Below are positions 15,335 through 25,410 of a DNA stretch of 27,479 nt, in pieces. The translations under genes were made by a program, and so were the position numbers. The notes beneath the pieces were generated by a model. The model saw nothing but the letters and a program-made list of their open reading frames with translations, did no database searches and was not told the DNA's origin. The stretch's first letter is position 1; each line of letters starts with the position of its first letter. The stretch lies in UHGV virus genome UHGV-0150478; one strand, given 5' to 3'. The stretch comes from a virus.

Positions 15335-16015
15335 GTGGCCGATTTACGTAGTAACGCGCAGATGTTCGATATCGATGTTTCGGCGCTGGAGCAGCTCAGA
15401 GTCGAAATCAGCGCGACGCAACATCAAATGTTAATGGTATACAACAGGGCGCTGAACCGAACTGCAAAACATATGCACCGAATTTCAGCAGGAATGATTT
15501 TGACTGCACTGGCAGCTAAAAATCATAAGGCCGTAGATAAACGAATCAAGCCGTTCATTAAGCGCCGTAATTTTACAAAAGAAGGGGCAGGAGACCTGAG
15601 CAGCGCCAAGCTCTGGTACGGTCTGAATGATTTCCGGGTATCTGAGCTAAAGGGGCGATTACAAAATCCACGGAGGCAAAAACAGCCTCGCGATCTTGAG
15701 ACCGGCCTGTTTTTGAAAACCAAAAAAGGCGCTAGAGGGGCAACTTTTACACCCAAAAGTGCAGGGCTGGCGATGATGAGTTGGCCCGATTCATTCGTAG
15801 CGAAACGCTACGGTGCGAAAAGTGTCTGGATTCGACTGGATCGCGGAGGAATCGAAGAGGCTCGCGTACCTGTGCACGACGCGCTGGAGGATGCTATCGA
15901 TGATTATATTTTTGAAAACATTGGCCCTGTTTTTATGGGCTTTTTTGAGAAAGATTTGCGCGGTCGCGTGAAAGGTAATGTCCACGTAGACCCAAAAACA
16001 GGTAAACGATTATGA
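15335..16015 (+). CDS. Virion morphogenesis / neck protein, unknown family (GTG start)
   Basis: 226 aa, basic; lies between head-completion and baseplate genes; GTG start preceded by AAGGGGGAA. Confidence 0.4.
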   Translation: MADLRSNAQMFDIDVSALEQLRVEISATQHQMLMVYNRALNRTAKHMHRISAGMILTALAAKNHKAVDKRIKPFIKRRNFTKEGAGDLSSAKLWYGLNDFRVSELKGRLQNPRRQKQPRDLETGLFLKTKKGARGATFTPKSAGLAMMSWPDSFVAKRYGAKSVWIRLDRGGIEEARVPVHDALEDAIDDYIFENIGPVFMGFFEKDLRGRVKGNVHVDPKTGKRL

Positions 16016-16548
16016 GCGGACTGGATGCATTTGACGAATATCTTGATCGCGTTAAAGGCGCGGTTTTACAAATACCGTTCATCAAAACATTCGGAATTTA
16101 TCCGGAAATTCCGGCTGGATTTGAAACGCCAGCTCTGTTCCTGGAAATCAGCAACTGGTCACAGAGTGACGAATCGGTTCCAGGCTCAATTCAGTCAGTC
16201 GAGCTGTCGTGTAATTTGTATTTGCTGCGTGAATTTGCAGCTGATCAGTACGGACTGAAATCGCAGAATGCAGCGCTCTATATGACGAGCTGGATCAATG
16301 GGCGAATGTTCGGTCCCGGAACTAAACCGGCAAAATTCAGCGACGCGGAACCGTGCGACTGGATTAAAAACGGGCAGTCAGTCGGTTCGCATTCAGTTCA
16401 GTGCGTGTCGTTCACGCAGGTTGTAGGCGTTGGTCCAGATATTTTCGATTATCCCTCACAGGGGACCCTGAAAAATATATACGTCGGAATAGCACCAGAT
16501 ATCGGCGCAGAACATGAGGGCGACTATTATGGCCCAATCGGACGATGA
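16012..16548 (+). CDS. Virion structural protein (possible tail completion protein)
   Basis: 178 aa; ATGA overlap with the upstream gene; immediately precedes the baseplate spike gene. Confidence 0.4.
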   Translation: MSGLDAFDEYLDRVKGAVLQIPFIKTFGIYPEIPAGFETPALFLEISNWSQSDESVPGSIQSVELSCNLYLLREFAADQYGLKSQNAALYMTSWINGRMFGPGTKPAKFSDAEPCDWIKNGQSVGSHSVQCVSFTQVVGVGPDIFDYPSQGTLKNIYVGIAPDIGAEHEGDYYGPIGR

Positions 16549-17431
16549 ATATGCTGCAGCGGAGAACGCGCGCAGGCTGCGTGACGCAGTTAAACGCGGC
16601 ACGATAGCTGCAGTTAAAATGAATCCTCCACGCTGCCGAGTCTCATTTGGTGGCGAACACCAGTCAGGCTGGCTGCAGTGGTTTACTCACGCCACCTCAG
16701 AACGCGTCGACTGGAGCGCACCATCAGTGGGCGATCCCGTTACTGTTGTTTCTGAGGGTGGGGATACGCGGAACGGTGTAGTTATGCTCGGGCTGCACAT
16801 TGACGACAAAGCTCCGTCAAGCAATGACCCCCATGATCATGTCACTGCATACTGTGACGGGGCTACGATGACGTATAACACAAAAAATCACACTCTGACA
16901 TGGCAGGGCGTACCGGACGGCGTGGTAAAAATACTCGGTGAGTCTGAAATAGAAATATTTGGACGCGCAGATGTTACTATTAATAGCGAAAATGTAGTTA
17001 ATATCCATGGTGGGAAATTAATTAACGCAGACGCTGATATTATTAATGTCACAGCGACAGATACAATTAACGCACATGCTGATTTAGTGAACGTTATAGC
17101 AACGAGTTCTGTTAGTGTTACTGCTGCGAACAGAATATCGCTGACAGCTCAAACAATCAGCGCGTGGGCTCCGGGTGGTATAACACTAGCTGGTCCAACG
17201 CATATTACCGAGACATTAGTAGTAGATAAATTAGCGACATTCCGTAACGATATTTCTGTCACTGGAGATAACGGTGGAACAGGTAATATCACAACTCGCG
17301 GTAGTGTGTTAGCAGGGCAAGAGGTGCAGGACCGACAAGGCACAATGACTGAGGTCCGCACAACGTACAACGGACACACTCATATATGTCCGGACGGGGA
17401 AACACAACAACCGAACCAACCAATGGCGTAA
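16514..17431 (+). CDS. Baseplate central spike protein (P2 gpV-like); start may be ATG at 16529
   Basis: N-terminal gpV-like domain, then repetitive beta-helix region (NVVNIHGGKLINADADIINVTATDTINAHADLVNVIATSSVSV) and His/Cys-containing tip (GHTHICPDG). Confidence 0.7.
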   Translation: MRATIMAQSDDEYAAAENARRLRDAVKRGTIAAVKMNPPRCRVSFGGEHQSGWLQWFTHATSERVDWSAPSVGDPVTVVSEGGDTRNGVVMLGLHIDDKAPSSNDPHDHVTAYCDGATMTYNTKNHTLTWQGVPDGVVKILGESEIEIFGRADVTINSENVVNIHGGKLINADADIINVTATDTINAHADLVNVIATSSVSVTAANRISLTAQTISAWAPGGITLAGPTHITETLVVDKLATFRNDISVTGDNGGTGNITTRGSVLAGQEVQDRQGTMTEVRTTYNGHTHICPDGETQQPNQPMA

Positions 17432-17433
17432 AT

Positions 17434-17775
17434 ATGCTTGGAATGGACCGTAACACCGGTAAGCCTTTATCGGGGACTGATCACATTTGTCAGTCTATCG
17501 TTGATATTTTAACGACCCCGCTGGGAACCCGTGTAATGTTGCCGGAATACGGCAGCAAATTATTTGACCTCGTTGATAATCCCACTGATCCGTCGCTTGC
17601 TATGAGAATAATAATGGAAAGTGCAGGAGCAATAGCACGCTGGGAACCACGCGTCAGAATTGACAGAATAAATGTGTTAGCAGTGGACATCGGGAAAATA
17701 ACAATATTAATTATCGCAACAGATATCGAAACACAACAGCGATTAGAGTTTAATAATATGGAACTGATATTTTGA
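17434..17775 (+). CDS. Baseplate protein (P2 gpW / gp25-like)
   Basis: From ATG at 17434 (MLGMDRNTGKPLSGTDHICQSIVDILTTPLGTRVMLPEYGS) the protein aligns with recalled P2 gpW; the ORF-track start at 17386 overlaps the spike gene and is less likely. Confidence 0.75.
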   Translation: MLGMDRNTGKPLSGTDHICQSIVDILTTPLGTRVMLPEYGSKLFDLVDNPTDPSLAMRIIMESAGAIARWEPRVRIDRINVLAVDIGKITILIIATDIETQQRLEFNNMELIF

Positions 17776-18692
17776 TAACATCAACAGTTCAGAATTCGAT
17801 AGTGAAAACTATTGATATGAGTCTGCTGCCGCCGCCAGCATTCGTTAAAACCCCATTATTTTCAGATGTTAAATCCAGTCTACTGTCAGAATTGCAGATA
17901 TTATATCCACAATTTAACGCACTCCTGGAGTCAGACCCGGCCGTTAAACTGCTGGAAATAGTTGCATACAGAGAAATCATTATTACAGCTCGGGTAAATC
18001 AGGGGATGCTCGCTGTATTGCTCGCGTTTGCAAAAGGGAGTGACCTCGACCAGATCGGCGCTAATTTTGACTGCCTGCGGCTGTTGATAACGCCAGCTAA
18101 TCCTGACGCAATTCCTCCGACTGAGGGGGTTTACGAGAGTGACGACGAGTATCGTCATCGCATACAGCTATCATGGTACGCGCGGAATACTGCCGGCAGT
18201 ACGAACGCCTATAACTATTTCGCGCTGTCGAGTGATCCCGACGTTCTGTCAGCTCAGGCGTACGGCCCGCCGGTGACCCAGCCTGGATACGTCGATATGT
18301 ATGTTTTGTCGCGAACCGGCGACGGCACTCCGCCTCAATCACTACTGAATACAGTGAATGCGGCCCTGTCTCCTGACGATACTCGACCGCTGACTGATTT
18401 CGTGACTGTAAAACCTGCGTCGAACCTGAATTACCGGGTTGAAGCCGTTATCGTAGCGGGGCTCGGTCCCGATCAGAACGTGTTGCTCAACGGTGCTCAA
18501 AGCGATTTAGCTATATACGTGGCTACACAACATAAAATCGGGGCGACAGCAGCCCTGTCAGGAATTTACGACGCGATACATCGTGACGGAACGGAGCGTG
18601 TGATTCTGATATCGCCAACAGAGGATGTGATTGCTGGCGTCGGACAGGCTCCGTACTGCACAGAAATCAAACTCAGCGTGCAAATGGGGTAG
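17772..18692 (+). CDS. Baseplate assembly protein (P2 gpJ-like); alternative ATG start at 17816
   Basis: Conserved blocks DQIGANFDCLRLLITPANPDAIPPT, YRHRIQ, ALSGIYDAIHRDGTERVIL, YCTEIKL parallel recalled P2 gpJ. Confidence 0.8.
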   Translation: MITSTVQNSIVKTIDMSLLPPPAFVKTPLFSDVKSSLLSELQILYPQFNALLESDPAVKLLEIVAYREIIITARVNQGMLAVLLAFAKGSDLDQIGANFDCLRLLITPANPDAIPPTEGVYESDDEYRHRIQLSWYARNTAGSTNAYNYFALSSDPDVLSAQAYGPPVTQPGYVDMYVLSRTGDGTPPQSLLNTVNAALSPDDTRPLTDFVTVKPASNLNYRVEAVIVAGLGPDQNVLLNGAQSDLAIYVATQHKIGATAALSGIYDAIHRDGTERVILISPTEDVIAGVGQAPYCTEIKLSVQMG

Positions 18693-18694
18693 CC

Positions 18695-19321
18695 ATGACA
18701 AGTCAAAGCGTACTGCCTCCGAACGCAATAACCCCTGAGAGGGCGCTTGAGGTTGTTTTATCTCACGTCGGCGATCTGCCTGGCGATATTCGAATTATTA
18801 AAAATCCCGATTTGTGCCCTGCAAATCTGTTGCCGTGGCTGGCGTGGGAGTACGCGGTCACCTACTGGAACCCCGACTGGAGCGAGCAGCAAAAACGCGA
18901 AATTATTAAGGCCGCAGCCTGGCAAAATAAACATCGCGGCACGCGTGGTGCCGTCGAACGAGCATTATTAACGGTGGGATTTGAGAGCAAAATGAGAGAG
19001 TGGTTTGAAGCCACGCCCAGGGACGACCCGTATACATTCGCAATTAAAATATATCTGCTAAAAAGTATAGGGTTAGATTTAGAACTATTGAATACCTTTA
19101 TTGCACAAATATTTGATGCAAAAAATTGCCGTTCCTTATTAAAAGAAATAAATTTTGAAACGGGTGTCGATGGTGAATTTTTTATAGCTGGTGCGCCTTA
19201 CGCGAAAATAGGCGTAAATATCCCAGCAGACGGCGACGGCGGTGTAAAAATTAACGGCGGGCTATATATATCAGGCTCGCCAATTGTGAGTTTGTTAGTG
19301 GAGATAGGACCTAATGGCTAA
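18695..19321 (+). CDS. Baseplate/tail protein (P2 gpI-like)
   Basis: Block NPDLCPANLLPWLAWEYAV matches recalled P2 gpI (NPDTCPANLLPWLAW). Confidence 0.75.
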   Translation: MTSQSVLPPNAITPERALEVVLSHVGDLPGDIRIIKNPDLCPANLLPWLAWEYAVTYWNPDWSEQQKREIIKAAAWQNKHRGTRGAVERALLTVGFESKMREWFEATPRDDPYTFAIKIYLLKSIGLDLELLNTFIAQIFDAKNCRSLLKEINFETGVDGEFFIAGAPYAKIGVNIPADGDGGVKINGGLYISGSPIVSLLVEIGPNG

Positions 19322-20525
19322 ATTAAAATCAAATCTGAAAGCGAGCGCGAGCCAGGTTTATGCGGTACTGACAGACCGGGGGGCGCAACTTGAAGCCGCT
19401 GCGCTGGCATCGGGTGTACCCGTGGTGCTGAATAAATTCGTTATTGGCGACGCAAACGGAAACGACGACGTAACACCGGACCCGGCACGAACTGCATTAA
19501 TTCACGAGACGTATCGTGGGGATATTAAATCCGCAGAAAATAGCGGTAACCAGGTTATCTTTACACTTTACGTACCGCCAGACACTGGGGGCTATACTAT
19601 CCGTGAGGTGGGGATATTAACAGATAAAGGCGAGCTGTACTCTGTGGCGCGCTCGCCGGACATTTTAAAACCTACGGACAGCAACGGTGCGCTGATTTCA
19701 ATCACGTATAAATACACACTCGCGGTGTCCAGCACATCTACGGTTAATGTTGTAGTATATGACAACTACGTAACTCCCGAGGAAGCTGACAAAAAATATT
19801 TGCAGATAAGTAAAAACTTATCTGAAATTCCCGCAAATGGTGAAACTGCTCAGCAGGCTGCGCGGAAAAATATTGGTATAGATGGGGACGTTGCATATAG
19901 AGATAAGGGTAATGCATTTACTCATCCAAATACTTTTAAAGATGATGTGATTTTTGAAGACGTTTTATCCTCTAAAAAACAAATAAATATAAACAAACCG
20001 GGCACTGATTTGACGTTGTTTTCACTTGCTGGTTTATCAGATGTGTCGGGCGATTATTTAGATTTTTCGACCCGTGGAGAAAACAATCAGAAGGTTTTTT
20101 ATAGATTACGCGGAGTTCACTATGATGGCCTGGTATTACTGTGTGGCGGAATGACGTATAAATACTGGAATGAGGCTAATCTTAAACCGGTTAAAACGAT
20201 TAACGGGGAGTCGCCGGATGAAAATGGCAACATAGATATAAGTCTTTCACCGGACCCATCACCGGAAATAGGTGTTGTTGGCGCGGTTAATACTTATGCG
20301 CTTGTCGCTATTAATCATGCACCACAAATACTACCGGGCTCCATATGGGCTGGAGGTGATTTATATTACGCTAGTATAAATAATACCGGTTCATATAACA
20401 CGGATATTGCCACAAAACCATTTTATGACACACCCCTTGTTGGCTCATGGCGAGCTATGGCGTATTCACCAGGCGGGGTCGGTGATATTGGGACTGCCTG
20501 TTTTTTAGCTATTAGGATTGCGTAA
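19314..20525 (+). CDS. Tail fibre protein (P2 gpH-like N-terminus, divergent C-terminal part)
   Basis: 403 aa; conserved N-terminal fibre-attachment region, then an AT-rich C-terminal portion from about 19780 onward; follows J and I as in P2. Confidence 0.7.
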   Translation: MAKLKSNLKASASQVYAVLTDRGAQLEAAALASGVPVVLNKFVIGDANGNDDVTPDPARTALIHETYRGDIKSAENSGNQVIFTLYVPPDTGGYTIREVGILTDKGELYSVARSPDILKPTDSNGALISITYKYTLAVSSTSTVNVVVYDNYVTPEEADKKYLQISKNLSEIPANGETAQQAARKNIGIDGDVAYRDKGNAFTHPNTFKDDVIFEDVLSSKKQININKPGTDLTLFSLAGLSDVSGDYLDFSTRGENNQKVFYRLRGVHYDGLVLLCGGMTYKYWNEANLKPVKTINGESPDENGNIDISLSPDPSPEIGVVGAVNTYALVAINHAPQILPGSIWAGGDLYYASINNTGSYNTDIATKPFYDTPLVGSWRAMAYSPGGVGDIGTACFLAIRIA

Positions 20526-20815
20526 TGATAAGTGTTGATTCATTTAGAAAAATAACAAACCCTGTTTTTAATGACGAGCATGGGTTATCTATAAATATTA
20601 TTTGCGATATTGACGGGATTGGAAACGACATTCCATTCACCGCAATGAAAAATGATTGCGAGGAACACGGTAGGGTTTTATATGAAAGAGCGCTGAGCGG
20701 GGATTATGGGAGCATTTCTAAATTTGTAAAAAAGAGCAGACGCAAAAACTCCAGACTACATTACGGACTGTTGGCGATCTGTCAATTGAGGCATTCTCAA
20801 TTCAGTGTGCAGTAG
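20525..20815 (+). CDS. Putative tail fibre assembly/chaperone protein, zero-frame product (96 aa); possible -1 frameshift product ends at 20910
   Basis: Positional analogue of P2 G; contains in-register heptamer A_AAA_AAG at 20728-20734; the -1 frame is open from there to a TGA overlapping the sheath start codon. Confidence 0.4.
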   Translation: MISVDSFRKITNPVFNDEHGLSINIICDIDGIGNDIPFTAMKNDCEEHGRVLYERALSGDYGSISKFVKKSRRKNSRLHYGLLAICQLRHSQFSVQ

Positions 20816-20909
20816 ATGCCGGAACCGCATCTGACGCGCAAATCGAAAACTTGGCCGAGCTTAAAGAAGCAATAGCGACGCGAATTGGTGAAAATAGAGA
20901 AGGAATAAA

Positions 20910-22412
20910 ATGAGCGTAACTAATTTTTTGCACGGTATTCGCACGCTCGAATACGACGACGGCACAAAAGAGATCAACACAGTAGATATTTCCGTGATTG
21001 GGATTGTTGGTACTGCGACGAACGTCGCGGAGGCTACGAGAGCATCATTAACGTGGGGCTCATCGCTGGCTGATAATCTCGTTGAGTTTTCAACTGTATC
21101 ACCGGGCAGCGACGGGAATAAATGGGTTGTTGAAATTGTAGATATGACAGTTGAGGGCGCAACCTGCACTCCAGGATATAGCACGCTGCCCGACGGAACA
21201 AAAAAATTAACGATGATTACGGAGCCGGGAATGACCCCCGGCAAAATGTATGATCAGAATCAGGAATATAGAGAGGGGAAAACAGACGGAGAGTGGATTA
21301 ATGTAACTTTTGGTGGCGAGCATTCCGGAACCGGTACAGTATTTGGTCTTCCACCAACAAATTTATCAGGTGGAACAGATGACGCATTCCCGATTAATTC
21401 TCCTGTATTAATTGCAGGTAGTCAGAAGAAAGCCGCCCTGCTCGGGAAATACGGGACTCTGCCCCCCGCTATTTCTGATATTTTAAATCAGACTGATGCA
21501 TTAATCGTTGTTGTTCGCGTTGTAGAGAGTAGCGACGACGCTGATATGAGCGAAAATGTTATCGCCGGAATTAATTCGCTTTTGACGTCAGCGCAAATTA
21601 ACGAAGTTACCCCGCGAATTATTATAGCGCCGGATTACAGCGCACGAGACGAAATAGCGGCTCAGCTTGAAGTGGTTGCAAATAAACTCCGGGGAGTGTG
21701 TTATATCGACTCTCCGCGCGCTGCTACCCCTGCAGACGTTGTGAATCGCAGGCAAAAACTCGGCGGACGCGCTGAGTTGTTGCGACCTCGCGTTTATTCT
21801 ACGAGTGATGTCAGTGGGTTATCTCGTCCGTATTCAGCTATCGCTGCTGGTTTACGAGCCCGAATTGATAATGAAAAAGGATTCTGGTGGAGTAAATCGA
21901 ACCAGAATATCTACGGAGTTACAGGGCTTGAACAAGTCGACGATTTTATTATTGGTGAGACAAACTGCACAGCGAACCTGCTGAATGCCAGCCAGGTCAG
22001 CACGATTATTCGCTATGACGGGTTCAGACACTGGGGTAACTATTTGTGCAGCCTCAGCCCGCAATGGTCTTTCGAGAGCGTTCGTCGAACAGCTGACGTA
22101 ATTGAGGATTCTATAGCCCGGGCAATGATGACCGATTTTATTGTTCGTCCGATAGACCTGCACCTCGGAACAGACGTTGTCGAGTCGATAAACGCATATC
22201 TGCACAAATTAGAGGAGCAGGGTGCGATTAACGGAGGGCGTGCGTGGTTAGACAGTGAGCTGAATACAAAAGAAAGCCTGGCTGCGGGTAATCTTTATAT
22301 TAATGTTGATTTTGGTCCGAAATCTCCGGCACAAACAATTACGTTAATGTACCGCATTAATAATGACTATACAGTTGAAGCACTGGCCTCCCTTTTTAAA
22401 GAAGCAGCCTGA
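20910..22412 (+). CDS. Contractile tail sheath protein (P2 FI-like)
   Basis: 500 aa; size and position before the tube gene; sheath-like sequence character. Confidence 0.85.
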   Translation: MSVTNFLHGIRTLEYDDGTKEINTVDISVIGIVGTATNVAEATRASLTWGSSLADNLVEFSTVSPGSDGNKWVVEIVDMTVEGATCTPGYSTLPDGTKKLTMITEPGMTPGKMYDQNQEYREGKTDGEWINVTFGGEHSGTGTVFGLPPTNLSGGTDDAFPINSPVLIAGSQKKAALLGKYGTLPPAISDILNQTDALIVVVRVVESSDDADMSENVIAGINSLLTSAQINEVTPRIIIAPDYSARDEIAAQLEVVANKLRGVCYIDSPRAATPADVVNRRQKLGGRAELLRPRVYSTSDVSGLSRPYSAIAAGLRARIDNEKGFWWSKSNQNIYGVTGLEQVDDFIIGETNCTANLLNASQVSTIIRYDGFRHWGNYLCSLSPQWSFESVRRTADVIEDSIARAMMTDFIVRPIDLHLGTDVVESINAYLHKLEEQGAINGGRAWLDSELNTKESLAAGNLYINVDFGPKSPAQTITLMYRINNDYTVEALASLFKEAA

Positions 22413-22429
22413 TAATTCGGAGATTAAAT

Positions 22430-22942
22430 ATGTCAGACAGCAACGCTTACCGCGCGTTTGCGCTATTCGTGCAGGGCGAACGGGTTTTAAATTGTACTGA
22501 ATATACTCCAGTCGATATGAAAATAATCGAAGACGAGTTTAAAACAGGCGCGATGGATACAGCTATCACTCTGGACGGAGGAATGGAGAAAATGTCAGCC
22601 AGTTTTAAAGTCTCTGGCTCCGATTCTGGTGTGATGGGGTATTTTGGATTAATACCAGGTGCTAAAACAAGGTTCGAAATTCGAAGTGCATATACTGACA
22701 ATTACGGTGTCAATTTTGAACGTATTGATACATATGAGGGGCTTATTACGGCGATTACTGATGACGCGCAGGGGACTGATTCAAAATCAGCAGTTGGGCA
22801 ATCAGTAACGATTGCGCCGAGCTATTATAAACGAGTTCAAAATGGAAAAGTTATTTACGAGATTCATCCTGCAAAAATGAAACGAGTAATTAATGGTGTT
22901 GACGTTCTTGCGGGCGTTGCTCGTATTCTCCATGTATATTAA
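22430..22942 (+). CDS. Tail tube protein (P2 FII-like)
   Basis: 170 aa immediately downstream of the sheath gene. Confidence 0.8.
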   Translation: MSDSNAYRAFALFVQGERVLNCTEYTPVDMKIIEDEFKTGAMDTAITLDGGMEKMSASFKVSGSDSGVMGYFGLIPGAKTRFEIRSAYTDNYGVNFERIDTYEGLITAITDDAQGTDSKSAVGQSVTIAPSYYKRVQNGKVIYEIHPAKMKRVINGVDVLAGVARILHVY

Positions 22943-22954
22943 AAGGCAAATAAA

Positions 22955-23236
22955 ATGGAATCATTATTAGACAGTATGACTATTACGCTCTCTCGCCCGT
23001 TTATTATTAAGGGTGAGAGCCGCGATACAATTACTATTCGCGAACCAAAATTACGCGACCGCATTATGTTCAGTAACGATAAAAGTGGTCTTGAAGAGCG
23101 GACAGCGACAATGCTGGCGCGCCTGGCAAATCTGGAGCGTGAGGATTTATATGCACTGCCTGCGTGCGATTACGATCAAATGGAGGCCGCGTTTAACGAA
23201 CTGGTAAAGCCCCCGAAAGACCGACATCAGATATAG
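22955..23236 (+). CDS. Tail assembly chaperone (P2 gpE-like); -1 frame extension (E') open to 23367
   Basis: 93-aa ORF before the tape measure; the -1 frame is open from 23197 to 23367 and overlaps the tape-measure start, the conserved E/E' arrangement. Confidence 0.55.
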   Translation: MESLLDSMTITLSRPFIIKGESRDTITIREPKLRDRIMFSNDKSGLEERTATMLARLANLEREDLYALPACDYDQMEAAFNELVKPPKDRHQI

Positions 23237-23344
23237 TTATTCTGATTCCGTTTATTGCGAAAAAACTTGCCATCCCGCCCGATACGCAAATGGACCTGCC
23301 GTACCGGGTTTTTAATTTCTATGTAAACGAGGTCATGAAAATCG

Positions 23345-24985
23345 ATGGCTATTTCTCAAAACTTTAAAACGCAGGTTGTATTCGGTGGGCGAATAAACCC
23401 GTCGTTTCGTCGCGGTACAACAGAACTCAATGATGCGATTCGGCAGACGTCGTCTACTGTCGGGAAATTAACGAAAAGTCAGGATAAATTAAAAGACAAA
23501 ATCGCAGCAATGAAACTGGCAGGTAAAGACGTTTCTGATTTATCTGCTCAGTATCAAAAGCTGGACCGTCGGATAAAAGCGACAACGCAGGACCAGGAGG
23601 CGCTGAATACTCAACTTGCTAAAAAACAGCAGCTGGAGAAGTGGACGGGTCGCGCAAAAGGAGCTGCAAAATGGGGCGGACGAGCCGCCGCAGGTGCGGT
23701 GAGGGCTACGGGGCGGGGTATCAAATGGGGGACACTTGGCGCGGCAGGGCTCATTGGCGGTGCTGCAGCTGGTGCGCTGGCAATGAATGCAGAGACGTCA
23801 GAAAAACTCGGTCTGGCGAAGTCCTACGGCGTTGGCGTCGAAAAATACGCTGCGTGGGAAAATATTGGTAAAGCCGCGGGCCTGAACGGCGAAAATATCG
23901 GGGATTTGTCTGAAGAACTTACAAATAAAATCGGCGAAATCGGAAACGAAAAAAGCCTGAATCCCATGTTATTTCAAATTGGCCTGACGAAAAAACGAAT
24001 GGCTGGCTGGGATCGGGAAAAACAGTTTAATGAGGTTATGCGTCGCATCTCTGAAATGAAAGATGAGAAGCAAGCGGCGAGCCTCGCTGACCAGCTCATG
24101 GGGGGCGAGGCTAATAAGATCATGACGTATATGAAGGCGACGGGTAAAAGCTGGGAACAGACAATGTCTGACGCGCAAAAGTCGAATTTGTTAACAAAAG
24201 AGGGTGCGGAAGGGGCGGCGCGTGCGCATGTATCAGTGACAAATCTGTGGGGCTCTATTACGTCGGGACTTGCAGATACACTCGGTAAAATCGGGGGGGA
24301 ACTCGCGCCGACGTTTGACTCAGTACGTGAAACATTTACATCCTGGTTTAAGGATAATCAGGGTGGTTTTGTCAGCACAATTACTGAGTGGGTAAAACCA
24401 GAAAATATGAAAAAAATGTGGGATGGCATCGTCAATTTTGGAGAAGGTTGCGTCAAATTCGGGAAGATTATATGGGCTGTCGTAAAGAAACTGGAGTGGC
24501 TTATTCCGGATGAAAAATCAGATGAAGAACAGAAAACTTATAATGACGAATATAATCGGGCATATCAAGAGTTTATGGATTCGGGAGGTAAATATTCACC
24601 GAACGCTGGATTGACTGCTGATAATATTGCGAAGGCAAAAGCCGAAGAGGCTGTCGAAAATATGCGGCATCCAGAACGGCAAGAACAGGCAAAATCTCAG
24701 GCAGAATCAATGCTCGCGTTTGTTAATCCATTATCCGGGATGGTAAATAAAAATACCGCGCCTGCAGCACTGGATTCGTCGACGTTAAATATTGATACGT
24801 TGAAGCAGGCAGTCTCGACACCTGCGCCGGAGCAAAACAATAAAATCGAAATCAATATTGTCGGTGCGACAGATCCGCAGTCAATACAACAATCTGCAGC
24901 GTCGGGGGTGCTCGATGGACTGAGACAGGCTGCGAGTTCGTACAATCGTGGCGCGATGTTTGATAAACCAGCGGCGGCGGGGTGA
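23345..24985 (+). CDS. Tail tape measure protein (P2 gpT-like)
   Basis: 546 aa, Ala/Gly/Lys-rich with coiled-coil-like N-terminus and Gly-rich hydrophobic stretch (GTLGAAGLIGGAAAGALAM); follows the chaperone gene. Confidence 0.8.
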   Translation: MAISQNFKTQVVFGGRINPSFRRGTTELNDAIRQTSSTVGKLTKSQDKLKDKIAAMKLAGKDVSDLSAQYQKLDRRIKATTQDQEALNTQLAKKQQLEKWTGRAKGAAKWGGRAAAGAVRATGRGIKWGTLGAAGLIGGAAAGALAMNAETSEKLGLAKSYGVGVEKYAAWENIGKAAGLNGENIGDLSEELTNKIGEIGNEKSLNPMLFQIGLTKKRMAGWDREKQFNEVMRRISEMKDEKQAASLADQLMGGEANKIMTYMKATGKSWEQTMSDAQKSNLLTKEGAEGAARAHVSVTNLWGSITSGLADTLGKIGGELAPTFDSVRETFTSWFKDNQGGFVSTITEWVKPENMKKMWDGIVNFGEGCVKFGKIIWAVVKKLEWLIPDEKSDEEQKTYNDEYNRAYQEFMDSGGKYSPNAGLTADNIAKAKAEEAVENMRHPERQEQAKSQAESMLAFVNPLSGMVNKNTAPAALDSSTLNIDTLKQAVSTPAPEQNNKIEINIVGATDPQSIQQSAASGVLDGLRQAASSYNRGAMFDKPAAAG

Positions 24986-25410
24986 CAATGAGTGATGCAA
25001 TAAACGGTGCTGAGGATATCATGCTCGGCCTGGGTGATTTCATTTTTGCTATATCAACAGTAGCGTACAACAAACTGCAACGTAGTGACGCCTGGCGCTG
25101 GGCTCAGCAAACACGATTCGGGAAAAACGACGCGTTGCAGATAACCGGACGACCGAACCCCACAATTACTATCGATGGAAAGATAAACGCTTTATTTCTT
25201 GACGGGTGCGGCGTCGGCCTGTTGACAGATTTGCGAGCGCTCGGGAACACGGGAGAACCCCAGCAGCTAGTGCTGGGGACCGGGGAGGTGAAAGGGTACT
25301 GGGTGCTGCGAGAACTAACTGAAACGCAAAACAGCTTTTTGATGGGCGGAACACCTAAATCGCAGGACTTTTCACTCACGCTCGAATATTATGGAGCTTC
25401 GCTAGATTAA
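24982..25410 (+). CDS. Tail protein (P2 gpU-like)
   Basis: 142 aa; ATGA overlap with tape measure gene; gpU-like position and size. Confidence 0.65.
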   Translation: MTMSDAINGAEDIMLGLGDFIFAISTVAYNKLQRSDAWRWAQQTRFGKNDALQITGRPNPTITIDGKINALFLDGCGVGLLTDLRALGNTGEPQQLVLGTGEVKGYWVLRELTETQNSFLMGGTPKSQDFSLTLEYYGASLD

